This document shows, piece by piece, positions 16,398 through 25,359 of a DNA stretch of 64,000 bases. Under the pieces are notes generated by a model. It was not told where the DNA came from. It did no database searches and saw only the letters and a list, made by a program, of their open reading frames with translations. The stretch comes from Gemmatimonadota bacterium (GTDB lineage: Bacteria > Gemmatimonadota > Gemmatimonadetes > Palauibacterales > Palauibacteraceae): the NCBI GenBank assembly GCA_039714435.1, contig JBDLJJ010000001.1, forward strand, positions 3,717 to 67,716, written 5' to 3'. The position numbers and the translations under genes are program-made. Every line of letters begins with the position of its first letter. Position 1 is the stretch's first letter.

Positions 16398-19343
16398 CTA
16401 GCGAAGCAGGAGCAGCTTTCCTGACTGGGTCTGGCCCTCGAAGCGGAACACGTACATGTACACTCCGGCCGCGGCTTCGCGGCCTTCGGCCAGCCTGCCG
16501 TCCCATGTGGGTGTGCGGAGCTGGACTCCGGGGTCCGTGGCGATCCGCTCGCGCACCATCAGGCGACCGGCCAGATCGTAGATCTCGAACAGCAACTCGC
16601 TTCCAGCGCCGCGCTCGGAGGCAGGCAAAGAGTACGGGAACGTAATAGGGCCTGATCCGATGCGAAGCGGATTGGGGAACGGAGCCAGGACCTGGAATTG
16701 GCCGCCGGTCACAGGTGGCTCGATGTCGGTTGCCCGCAGTTCGGCCAGGCGATCGAGAGCGGCTTGTTCAGTATCTGCCACCAGCAGCCAGAACCTGAGG
16801 AGAGCGTTTTCGCCCGGCTGAAGATCGAATGGACCTACGCTGAGCATCGCGGCCCGGTCGTTGGCCGACCCATCTCCGGGTAGACCCGCCGTCCCTCCGC
16901 CCCGGGCCAGGGCGAGCTTTATGGCGTCGGTAAAGTCGCCCTGCAGCACTCCGCTGCCCACATCGTAGAACAGGCCGCTCGAGGTCCCGAGTGGAACATC
17001 GGCGAAGCCGAGCACTGCCTGGTCCGACGCGATCAGGGTTACGGGTCCGCCGCCCGCGGCGGCCTGGGCGGCCATGGCTTCGGCGGCGGAGTTCCAAGCC
17101 AGGGCGTCTCCACCCAGGTCCCAGTCGGCGAACAGCCCGGGCGTGAGATCGGCGATCCGCGTTCCTCGCTGATTCTGTACTGACAGGGTGATCTCCAGCG
17201 CCCCCACGCCCGCGCTTTCCGTGACTTCGTACAGCGCATCGATTTGAACGCCGAGGGGAGACAGCGCCTCGAAATCGTCGAACTGGGCCTGTGCCGACGT
17301 CGTTTGTACGTCCGTGATACCCCGCGAAGGGGCCCAGTCCGTCTCGGCCGCCGCGGGTCCGGACTTCAGTCCCGGACGATCGAGCACCGTGTTGTAGATG
17401 CCGTCCGAAATCAGGCCGCCTCCGGCGACGAAGATTGAGCCGGCCGTCAGCAGCTCTGTTCCAGCCCAGCGGAAGCCGGATGAGGCCGCAATCTGGCCCA
17501 AGCGGCCGAAATCGTTGGCGCCGGCCTGCAGGCCCCCCGCCGTCAGAACAAACCCTCCGAAGAAGTCTGGCGGAGCCAGGAGCAGAGCGCGGTTGAAGAC
17601 GGCTGCGCCTCCAAGATTAAACAGGGTGGCGCTGAGCACACCCGCGCCGGAGCCGGGCCGGTCGGTGGCAATCTCGAGGCGGCCCGAAGCCGCCAGCGGC
17701 CCGATCTGGGTGACGGCGGTTCGCTGGCCTGTCTGCAGCTCGAGCCGGCCGCCGGGCCACGTGCCGGATCCTCGATTCATGAGCTCAACCCACACGGAAT
17801 CGACTGACGTTCGCGCCACCGCGACCTGCAGGGAAACAGACGCGAAGGACGGATTGGCGAGCTGTACGGCCGCCGGTACATCGAGCAGGCCCGCACCGGT
17901 ATCGTTGTCGGGGCCCGCCAGGCCCAGGTCCTGCGCGCTGTTCATCAGAAAGCGCTTGGCCTGCTCGGGAGTGGCGGCGGGCGCGATCTGGCGCATGAGG
18001 GCGACCGCCCCGGTGGCGGCGGCAACCGAAAACGAGGTGCCTTGAGCCGTGAATCCGGTGGAGCGAACGCGTCCCGAGCCGTCCGCGACGATCACAGGTA
18101 CTGTGCCCGGAGCGGCGAGTTCCGGCTTGATCCCCCCGCCGCAGGGAGAGGGTCCGCGGGCGCTGAAGTCAGCCACGCTCACGGGCCCCGAGCCCTGCGT
18201 AGCGCCGACGGCCATGTTCCGGATACCCGCGTCGTCCCGGGCGGCCGGAAAAGCGACGCTGGTGGGATCCGGTCCGCCGTTCCCGGCCGCGAACAGGACT
18301 GCTATTCCGGCAGCTTCAGCCGCGTCGATAGCCGAGTACAGTACGTCGGAACACAGGTCAAAATCAGCGGCCCCGAAAATCCCCCAGCTATTGTTGATCA
18401 CGCTGGGAGCGTCGTCCGTGCCTGGCACCCCGTCCGGATCCATGGCCCACTGAAAAGCCTGCAGCAAGACCGAGCGCCGCGTATAGATGTCGCCGCCGAA
18501 ATCCTCGAACACGCGCGCCGCGATCCACTCGGCTTCAGGGGCGGTTCCCGTCACCACGTCGAGACCGTCCGCCGCCACGAGCTGCGTGCCGTCCGGCAGC
18601 ACCAGCGTGTCGCCGGCCGGGAGCGCCCCGACAGCGGTAAGCGCGACCTGAGTCCCGTGCCCGATTAGATCCTGTGGCAGCGTAGATCTCCGAAACGGAT
18701 CGAACCAGGAGGCGCGCAGCGCGGTTCTATTGCCTCGCCAGCGGCCCGCCAGCATGGCGTTCAGGATGTCCGCTCCGGTATCGAAGAACGCGACCGTGAC
18801 CCCGGCTCCTGTGACGCCCTGGTCCCAGACAGCGTCGGCGCCAATGGTCTGCATGGCCTGGGACGTGAAGCTGGGGACGTGAACTACTGAGCGCACGGGA
18901 TCCAGAACCACCGGGAGCCGCTCGTCCAGATACACACGGCGCACTTCCGGCTGCGCCGCCAGGCGCGCGATTCCAGCCGCCGTGGCAACCACGGAAGCGG
19001 CGGGAACGACCCAGAATCGCTCCCGGACTCGCACGCCTCCCTGGTCCACGACGTCGTCCAGGGGCGTCATAAGCTCGGCGGCGCGGCGCTGAAGCTGAAA
19101 CACACCTGTCGGCTGTGGGCCGTCGCGGTATTCGACCACGACCTCCAGGCTATCCGGCGCTACGGCGCTCGCCAGAACCTGGCTCAGCCGCGGGCTGAGA
19201 ACCGGCTCCTGTACCGGCCCCTGCTCCTGGCCGTAGGCGGCCGCCACCCCCGGCCCGATAGCCAGCGGGCCCATTCCAACCGCAAGCAGCACCGTCCGCC
19301 GCAGCCGCCGGGAAGCGGCCCGCCACGCTTCAAGACACCTCAT
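16398..19343 (-). CDS. S8 subtilisin-family serine peptidase with a C-terminal sorting-type beta-sandwich domain.
   Basis: 981 aa with a signal peptide and the catalytic triad contexts FFDTGADI (Asp), HGTQVA (His) and GTSFSVAAATG (Ser). The roughly 80-aa C-terminus (LFEIYDLAGRLMV...WDGR...AAGVYMYVF...GKLLLLR) resembles Por/T9SS-type or FlgD-Ig-like sorting tails. Confidence 0.8.
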   Translation of the reverse strand: MRCLEAWRAASRRLRRTVLLAVGMGPLAIGPGVAAAYGQEQGPVQEPVLSPRLSQVLASAVAPDSLEVVVEYRDGPQPTGVFQLQRRAAELMTPLDDVVDQGGVRVRERFWVVPAASVVATAAGIARLAAQPEVRRVYLDERLPVVLDPVRSVVHVPSFTSQAMQTIGADAVWDQGVTGAGVTVAFFDTGADILNAMLAGRWRGNRTALRASWFDPFRRSTLPQDLIGHGTQVALTAVGALPAGDTLVLPDGTQLVAADGLDVVTGTAPEAEWIAARVFEDFGGDIYTRRSVLLQAFQWAMDPDGVPGTDDAPSVINNSWGIFGAADFDLCSDVLYSAIDAAEAAGIAVLFAAGNGGPDPTSVAFPAARDDAGIRNMAVGATQGSGPVSVADFSARGPSPCGGGIKPELAAPGTVPVIVADGSGRVRSTGFTAQGTSFSVAAATGAVALMRQIAPAATPEQAKRFLMNSAQDLGLAGPDNDTGAGLLDVPAAVQLANPSFASVSLQVAVARTSVDSVWVELMNRGSGTWPGGRLELQTGQRTAVTQIGPLAASGRLEIATDRPGSGAGVLSATLFNLGGAAVFNRALLLAPPDFFGGFVLTAGGLQAGANDFGRLGQIAASSGFRWAGTELLTAGSIFVAGGGLISDGIYNTVLDRPGLKSGPAAAETDWAPSRGITDVQTTSAQAQFDDFEALSPLGVQIDALYEVTESAGVGALEITLSVQNQRGTRIADLTPGLFADWDLGGDALAWNSAAEAMAAQAAAGGGPVTLIASDQAVLGFADVPLGTSSGLFYDVGSGVLQGDFTDAIKLALARGGGTAGLPGDGSANDRAAMLSVGPFDLQPGENALLRFWLLVADTEQAALDRLAELRATDIEPPVTGGQFQVLAPFPNPLRIGSGPITFPYSLPASERGAGSELLFEIYDLAGRLMVRERIATDPGVQLRTPTWDGRLAEGREAAAGVYMYVFRFEGQTQSGKLLLLR

Positions 19344-19364
19344 ACGCCTCCTCTCGGGTCACTT

Positions 19365-19378
19365 GGCCGCCCAAGATA
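19365..19378. repeat. Exact 14-mer GGCCGCCCAAGATA, copy 2, upstream of the S8 peptidase gene.
   Basis: It is identical to 9154-9167. Confidence 0.5.
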
Positions 19379-19426
19379 GAGGCGGCTGTTCCCAAAACCA
19401 ACTCAGCCGGGCCGCGTCCGAGCCGC

Positions 19427-19455
19427 TTGTGTTTCGGTTCCTATTCGGGTATACT
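19427..19455 (+). promoter_or_regulatory. Putative sigma-70 promoter of lexA (-35 TTGTGT, 17-bp spacer, -10 TATACT).
   Basis: The hexamers TTGTGT and TATACT are read directly at 19427-19432 and 19450-19455. The Shine-Dalgarno AAGGAG sits at 19515-19520, 9 nt before the ATG. Confidence 0.4.
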
Positions 19456-19472
19456 CTGTTCGGCTTTATTTC
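19432..19472 (+). promoter_or_regulatory. Candidate LexA operator: two direct-repeat boxes, TTTC-N7-ATTC (19432-19447) and GTTC-N7-TTTC (19458-19472).
   Basis: The boxes overlap the promoter spacer and the start region. They resemble the GTTC-N7-GTTC direct-repeat LexA boxes of Alphaproteobacteria and Acidobacteria. A TTCGG pentamer recurs four times. Confidence 0.3.
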
Positions 19473-19529
19473 GGTTACGGACTGAGATGCGGTTCACCGG
19501 CCACAGCGATTTCCAAGGAGCCCGCCACC

Positions 19530-20141
19530 ATGGCACTCACGAGAAGGCAGAAGCAGATCCTCGATTTCATCGAGAGTTTCCTCGACACTCATGGCTACTC
19601 GCCAAGCTTCGAAGAGATCGCGGCCTTCTTCGGCTACAGGTCTCTTGCCACGGTGCATGAGCACCTCTCTAACCTCGAGGCCAAGGGATACATCAGGAAG
19701 AACTACAACGAGAGTCGTTCTATCGAGCTGGCTCAGACAGACATGCGCCTCTCCTCTGTCACGCTTCCCCTCCTCGGCCTCGTCGCCGCGGGTGAGCCTA
19801 TCGAGGTTATCGAGCAGCAGGAGATGATCGCCGTCCCGGACGACATGGTATCGGGCTCGGCCAGCACACACTTCGTTCTGCGCGTGCGCGGGCAATCGAT
19901 GATCGAAGAGCAGATCCGCGACGGAGATTATGTCATTGTTCAGTCCCGGGAGACGGCGCACAACGGCGAGATGGTCATCGCGCTGGTGGACGGAGATAGC
20001 GCGACGGTCAAGAAGTACTACCGCGAAGACGGCGGCCGCGTGCGGCTGCAGCCGGCCAACCCACTGCTGACACCTCTCTTCTTCGATGAGGACAGAGTGC
20101 AGATCCAGGGCATAGTGGTCGGAGTCATACGCAAGTACTGA
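19530..20141 (+). CDS. lexA: LexA repressor (SOS regulator, S24 peptidase).
   Basis: 203 aa. It has an N-terminal wHTH (LTRRQKQILDFIESF...SPSFEEIA) and a C-terminal autoprotease with the RVRGQSMIE (Ser) and KKYYRE (Lys) contexts. Confidence 0.9.
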   Translation: MALTRRQKQILDFIESFLDTHGYSPSFEEIAAFFGYRSLATVHEHLSNLEAKGYIRKNYNESRSIELAQTDMRLSSVTLPLLGLVAAGEPIEVIEQQEMIAVPDDMVSGSASTHFVLRVRGQSMIEEQIRDGDYVIVQSRETAHNGEMVIALVDGDSATVKKYYREDGGRVRLQPANPLLTPLFFDEDRVQIQGIVVGVIRKY

Positions 20142-20371
20142 GCGAAACCACCAGGGAGATCAGACTATGGCCAACCGTTCCAGACGCCGCCCCTTTGTCA
20201 TCGGATACATATCAGGAACGAAGGTGACGATGTGGTTTTTGCGGGCTACCCGGCCTCCGATCAAAGGTCCCTGGACTCTGGCCCAACTCAGCCATGACGC
20301 CTCCGCGGAGCGCCGCACGGCCTGAATTTTCCCGGCTGGCCCAGTCAGGTTCCGCCCGGTAGGTTCGCCCG

Positions 20372-21178
20372 GTGGAGCACGGAGAGAACGGAAAAATTCG
20401 CGCCACGGTCCACTACGACGGGACCGGATTTCACGGCTCGCAGCGTCAACCCGCCGCGCGAACCGTGCAGGGCGAGGTAGAGCGCTGTCTGCGGAGGCTT
20501 TTCGAGGAAGCCACCCGGGTCGACGCCGCCGGACGCACCGATACGGGGGTGCATGCCGCCGGCCAGGAAATAGCTTTCACTCCTCCCCCCGGCTGGGATC
20601 CGCCCGAGCTTCGCCGGGCTCTGAACGCAGTACTTCCCGGCGACATCTGGATCGAGTCGCTCACCGAAGCAGAGCCTGATTTCCATCCACGGTTCTCGGC
20701 CACTGGACGGCGATACGAGTATTATGTTGGAACCGCCGCCGACTTCATGGCGCCCTCCTGGCTCAACCGGGTCTGGCAGTTTGGCAGCCCGCTGTCGACA
20801 GATATCTTGAGAAGCGCAGCCAAGCCGACGCTGGGACGTCATTCATTTGCGCGGCTGTCCAAGACTGGAGCAGTGGAGAAGAGTACGATCTGCTGCATTG
20901 AGAAGGCGGAATGGACAGACATGGGGGGAGGGAACGTGAGGCTCACAGTAGTGGCGGATCGTTTCCTACACCGTATGGTACGGTATCTGGTAGCTACGAT
21001 GGTCGATATCGCCCTGGAGAAGAGACCTCTGACTGACATCTCGGCCTTGCTCGCCGCAAGGAAGGCACGCCCACCCGAGCCCGCGCCAGCGGTAGGCCTT
21101 TACCTGACTGGAGTTCGCTACGCAGAGGGCTGGAACCGCGCACCTGGAGTGCCCGGGCTGGGAGCGGTGCGCGCATGA
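20372..21178 (+). CDS. truA: tRNA pseudouridine(38-40) synthase TruA.
   Basis: 268 aa with the catalytic Asp context GRTDTGVHAAGQEIAF and N-terminal YDGTGFHGSQRQ. It has a GTG start. Confidence 0.85.
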   Translation: MEHGENGKIRATVHYDGTGFHGSQRQPAARTVQGEVERCLRRLFEEATRVDAAGRTDTGVHAAGQEIAFTPPPGWDPPELRRALNAVLPGDIWIESLTEAEPDFHPRFSATGRRYEYYVGTAADFMAPSWLNRVWQFGSPLSTDILRSAAKPTLGRHSFARLSKTGAVEKSTICCIEKAEWTDMGGGNVRLTVVADRFLHRMVRYLVATMVDIALEKRPLTDISALLAARKARPPEPAPAVGLYLTGVRYAEGWNRAPGVPGLGAVRA

Positions 21179-22734
21179 AATCCCGGGCCTCACGGCTGGC
21201 TCTCAGCCAAGCCTCACGGCTGGCTGGCGGCGAACTCGGGTCCGCCCGGGCATGGGTCGTGGCCCTGCTTCTGGCCGCGTTCCCTATCGGCCTCGCCCTG
21301 GGAGGTGTTCTGTCGCCCTCCGCCGACGCACCCGGTCAGGCGGAGGCGGCCCGGAGCGACACCCCCAACCTGATCCGCACCAGCGCGGCCGATGCCGGAG
21401 TTGAGTCCCCGCAGCAGCGGCCGCTCGCGCAGCAGGCAGAACCGGCGAGACAGCAAGCTCCGCCGGAAGGCAGTGCCCGCTACACCCCGATCGTGAGAGC
21501 GGCCAACCGGGTCTCCCCCTCCGTGGTCAGCGTCACAGTACTCCGCACGGTCAGTGAATCGCGGCGCTCCAGTCCGTTCGACTTCTTTGTTCCACGCCGC
21601 TTCGAGCGCACGGTTCGTGGTCTCGGATCGGGGTTCGCGATCAACGATCGCGGACACGTGCTGACCAACGACCATGTGGTCAGCGACGCCGATTCGATCG
21701 TGGTGACTGACAACCGCGGCAGAGTGTTCCAGGCCAGCGTGGTCGGATCCGACCCCCTGACCGATGTGGCGCTGCTCAAGATCCCCGCCGGAGAGATTCC
21801 CGCCGCACCGCTCGGAGTGTCGTCTGACATCATGGTTGGTGAACCCGCCATCGCGATCGGTAATCCGTTCGGATACCTGCTGGCCAACTCGGAAGCCACC
21901 GTGACGGTGGGCGTCATCTCCGGAGTGGGCCGGGACTTCAGGGGCCAGGACGAGTCGCTCATGGCGGATCTCGTGCAGACAGACGCCTCCATCAACCCCG
22001 GCAATTCAGGCGGCCCGCTGGTCAACGCCGAAGGTGAGGTCATCGGAATCAATTCATCTATCTTCTCGCGCTCGGGCGGCTCGGAGGGGCTTGGTTTTTC
22101 CATCCCCATTGATCGGGCGCTGCGAGTAGCCGAGGAGCTTGACCAGTACGGACGTATTCGCCGGCCCTGGGTCGGGCTGTGGCCGAGCGAGGTAATCGTG
22201 GACGACCGCATCCCGCAGACAGCGGTTCGTAGGGTCGCGGACAGTTCTCCGGCTGACCGCGCCGGCCTCGTGGCGGGCGACCTCCTGATCTCGCTGAACG
22301 ACAGGCCCGTGGACAGTTCGATCGGCTGGGAGCTGGGCCTGCTGGACGCCGGCGTCAATTCACAGGTACGGGTTACGTACGAGCGTGGCGGGCGGCGGCG
22401 ATCAGTCACTCTTGACGTGGAAGAGCTGCCTTCGAACATGGCCGAGCGCGTACAGGTCGTGCGGGGTCTGGAGCTCATCACGCTCACCCCGAGCATCGCC
22501 CTGGAAAGGAGACTGGACATCGAGCGAGGGGCACTGATCTCGGAAATCGAGTCTCAGGCCAGCGATGTCACCGGACTCCGCGAGGGTGACGTACTCCTGT
22601 TCATCAATCGTGAGCCGGTCTCGGACGCGCAGACAGCAGGAGAACTCTTTCAGTCCAATGCCGGCCGCGGTAGGATTGTCGTAGAGTTCTTTCGCGACGG
22701 ACGGCAGTACCGAACCCTCTTCTCTGTCGGCTAG
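21175..22734 (+). CDS. HtrA/DegP-family periplasmic serine endoprotease with two PDZ domains.
   Basis: 519 aa with a signal/TM, a trypsin-like triad (HVLTNDHVV, D, GNSGGPLVN), and two PDZ-like C-terminal segments. It has an ATGA overlap with truA. Confidence 0.85.
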   Translation: MKSRASRLALSQASRLAGGELGSARAWVVALLLAAFPIGLALGGVLSPSADAPGQAEAARSDTPNLIRTSAADAGVESPQQRPLAQQAEPARQQAPPEGSARYTPIVRAANRVSPSVVSVTVLRTVSESRRSSPFDFFVPRRFERTVRGLGSGFAINDRGHVLTNDHVVSDADSIVVTDNRGRVFQASVVGSDPLTDVALLKIPAGEIPAAPLGVSSDIMVGEPAIAIGNPFGYLLANSEATVTVGVISGVGRDFRGQDESLMADLVQTDASINPGNSGGPLVNAEGEVIGINSSIFSRSGGSEGLGFSIPIDRALRVAEELDQYGRIRRPWVGLWPSEVIVDDRIPQTAVRRVADSSPADRAGLVAGDLLISLNDRPVDSSIGWELGLLDAGVNSQVRVTYERGGRRRSVTLDVEELPSNMAERVQVVRGLELITLTPSIALERRLDIERGALISEIESQASDVTGLREGDVLLFINREPVSDAQTAGELFQSNAGRGRIVVEFFRDGRQYRTLFSVG

Positions 22735-22736
22735 TC

Positions 22737-24173
22737 TTGGCGAACGAAGAAACCAGATATTCCCACCCGCTGATCGAGCGCTACGCCTCAGCGGAAATGG
22801 CCGAAATTTTCTCTCCCCGTGCGCAGGCCCTTATGTGGCGCGACCTGTGGATCGGTCTGGCCGAAGGGTCGCGGCATCTGGGCGCTGACATCCCCGCCTC
22901 GGCCATAGAAGCCATGAAGTCCGGCCGCGAAACGGTGGACCTCAAGCGTGTGGCCGAGCTCGAGAGAGAACTTCGGCACGACGTCATGGCTCACGTGCGA
23001 CATTTCGCGGAGGTCGCGCCGGAGGCTGGCCCCTACATTCACCTCGGGGCCACGAGTTGCTACGTAACGGACAACGCGGGCCTCCTGCAGCTCCAGTCGG
23101 GTCTGCGCCTCGTCCTGTCCCGCATAGACGCGGCGCTATCGGTCCTGGGCCGCTTCGCCGAGCAATGGGCGGATCTGCCCACCCTGGGCTACACCCACTG
23201 GCAACCCGCCCAGCCGACCACCGTTGGAAAACGAGCTACCCTGTGGGCCCAGGACCTGGTCCTCGACCGCAGGGATGTGGAAGCCAATCTCCGCGACCTG
23301 CGGTTTCGCGGCGCCCGCGGCACGACGGGGACGGAGGCCAGCTTCCTGGCGCTGTTCGGCGGCGACACGGCACGAGTGGACGACCTGAACCGAATTTTGG
23401 CGGAGCGGTTCGGTTTCCCGGCCGCATACGCGGTCGTGGGCCAGACATATCCCCGCAAAGTGGATCACCGGATTTTGAGCTGTCTGGCCGGCGTCGGCGC
23501 CAGCGCGGCCCGTTTCGCCGGCGATATCCGGATTCTGCAGAGCTTCGGAGAAATGGAAGAGCCGTTCGGGAGTGCTCAGGTCGGCTCGTCGGCCATGCCG
23601 TACAAGCGGAATCCGATGCGCTCGGAGCGCATATGCGCCCTGTCGCGTCATCTGTGCACTCTGGAGATAGACGCGGCCTGGACCGCCTCGGTGCAGGGAC
23701 TGGAGCGCACTCTGGATGACTCGGCAAACAGACGAATCGCCATTCCGGAGGCTTTCCTGGCAGCCGACGCGGTGCTGCAACTGGTGAATAACGTGGCGGA
23801 CGGCCTGGTCGTCCATGAACCTGTGATCAAGGCCCGGCTGGCAAAGTCGCTGCCCTTCCTCGTCGTCGAGCAGATGCTCATAGTCGGCGTCGGAAAGGGA
23901 GGCGACAGGCAGGACCTGCATGAGCGGATCAGGCGTCACGCGATGGATGCGCGTCAGAATCTGGACGAAGGAGCGGACACAAACGATTTCTTCGCTCGGG
24001 TGGAATCGGATCAGTCCATCCCGCTGGACACGGTTGATCTAGTGGCGCTGGCCCAGCCGGAAGATCTGGTCGGCCGCGCGCCGGAGCAGGTGCGCACCTT
24101 CGTTGCAGAGGTGCTTTCCCCGCTGCGGGAGGGGATGGGAGAGGAGCGGCCTGTGGTGGACGTGAGAGTATGA
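22737..24173 (+). CDS. purB: Adenylosuccinate lyase.
   Basis: 478 aa with N-terminal LIERYASAEMAEIFS and the fumarate-lyase signature GSSAMPYKRNP. It has a TTG start. Confidence 0.9.
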   Translation: MANEETRYSHPLIERYASAEMAEIFSPRAQALMWRDLWIGLAEGSRHLGADIPASAIEAMKSGRETVDLKRVAELERELRHDVMAHVRHFAEVAPEAGPYIHLGATSCYVTDNAGLLQLQSGLRLVLSRIDAALSVLGRFAEQWADLPTLGYTHWQPAQPTTVGKRATLWAQDLVLDRRDVEANLRDLRFRGARGTTGTEASFLALFGGDTARVDDLNRILAERFGFPAAYAVVGQTYPRKVDHRILSCLAGVGASAARFAGDIRILQSFGEMEEPFGSAQVGSSAMPYKRNPMRSERICALSRHLCTLEIDAAWTASVQGLERTLDDSANRRIAIPEAFLAADAVLQLVNNVADGLVVHEPVIKARLAKSLPFLVVEQMLIVGVGKGGDRQDLHERIRRHAMDARQNLDEGADTNDFFARVESDQSIPLDTVDLVALAQPEDLVGRAPEQVRTFVAEVLSPLREGMGEERPVVDVRV

Positions 24174-25072
24174 GCACTCTTTCCTATCCTCTGTTCAAGA
24201 CTGGTAAGGTCCGGGAGATGTATGATCTCGGCGACGACCTCCTGCTCGTGGCCAGCGACCGGATCAGTGCCTTCGATTGCGTGCTGCCTCAGCCAATCCC
24301 GGACAAGGGAGCCGTGCTGACGCAGATGTCCGCCTTCTGGTTTGACCTCACAGCGCCGCTGACCCCGAACCACTGCATCTCAGCCGACCCGGACGAGATC
24401 GAGAGGCGCAGGCCGGAGCTCGGGCCGGCCCGAAGCGAGTGGGCCGGCCGAGGCATGCTGGTGCGGAGGGCCACAGTGTTTCCGGTCGAGTGCGTGGTGC
24501 GCGGCTACATGGCCGGGTCAGCCTGGAAGGAGTACAGCCGGAGCGGAACTCTGGCCGGGGAGCCCCTGCAGCCTGGTCTTAAGGAAGCCGACCAGCTTCC
24601 CGAGCCGCTCTTCTCGCCCGCCACCAAGGTCGATGAGGGCCACGACGAGAACATCACGTTTGAAGAGATGCAAAGGCTGCTGGGCATGCATGTCGCGGAG
24701 CATCTGAGGCGAGAGAGTCTCAGGCTGTACGAGGCGGCCGCGGCCCGCATGCGGACCGCCGGACTGATTCTGGCTGACACGAAGTTCGAGTTCGGTACCG
24801 CTCCGACAGGCGAGATCATGCTGATCGACGAGGCGCTGACGCCTGACTCATCACGTTTCTGGTTTGCGGACGAGTGGAAACCGGGGAGCAGCCCGCCATC
24901 TCTGGATAAGCAGCCTGTGCGCGACTACCTGGAAGGGCTGGTGGCGGCCGGCGAGTGGGACCGGACCGAACCGGCGCCGGATCTACCGGACTCGGTAATC
25001 GATTCGACGGTGAGCAGGTACCGTAAAGCATTCCAATTGGTCACGGGGCGGGAACTGCCCCAATTCGCCTAG
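24170..25072 (+). CDS. purC: Phosphoribosylaminoimidazole-succinocarboxamide (SAICAR) synthase.
   Basis: 300 aa with GKVREMYDLGDDLLLVASDRISAFD and an ATGA overlap with purB. Confidence 0.9.
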   Translation: MSTLSYPLFKTGKVREMYDLGDDLLLVASDRISAFDCVLPQPIPDKGAVLTQMSAFWFDLTAPLTPNHCISADPDEIERRRPELGPARSEWAGRGMLVRRATVFPVECVVRGYMAGSAWKEYSRSGTLAGEPLQPGLKEADQLPEPLFSPATKVDEGHDENITFEEMQRLLGMHVAEHLRRESLRLYEAAAARMRTAGLILADTKFEFGTAPTGEIMLIDEALTPDSSRFWFADEWKPGSSPPSLDKQPVRDYLEGLVAAGEWDRTEPAPDLPDSVIDSTVSRYRKAFQLVTGRELPQFA

Positions 25073-25080
25073 GAGGAACG

Positions 25081-25359
25081 ATCGCCACGTTTGATGTCGA
25101 GATTACGATCAGGCCCAGGCCGGGCATACTGAATCCCGAAGGCCAGACGATCGAGCGCGCGCTCGGGGATCTGGGCTACAGCGGGATCGAGGAGGTACGA
25201 GTCGGACGGATGATCGGACTGAGGATTGAGGCCGACGACCTCACGAGCTGTGAACAGCAGGTCCGCGAAGCCTGCCAGCGCCTGCTCGCGAACCCGGTTA
25301 TCGAGGACTTCGAGTTCACTGTCTCCGAGAGCGCCGACCAGCCGGCGGTAGCCAAATGA
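25081..25359 (+). CDS. purS: FGAM synthase subunit PurS.
   Basis: The frame from 25027 to 25359 encodes [52 protein letters not shown]..., a clear PurS. Its stop overlaps the purQ ATG (AATGA). No ATG, GTG or TTG start exists in frame. AGGAGG at 25071-25076 is followed 4 nt later by ATC at 25081, and ATT codons lie upstream. Confidence 0.7.
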   Translation: MATFDVEITIRPRPGILNPEGQTIERALGDLGYSGIEEVRVGRMIGLRIEADDLTSCEQQVREACQRLLANPVIEDFEFTVSESADQPAVAK

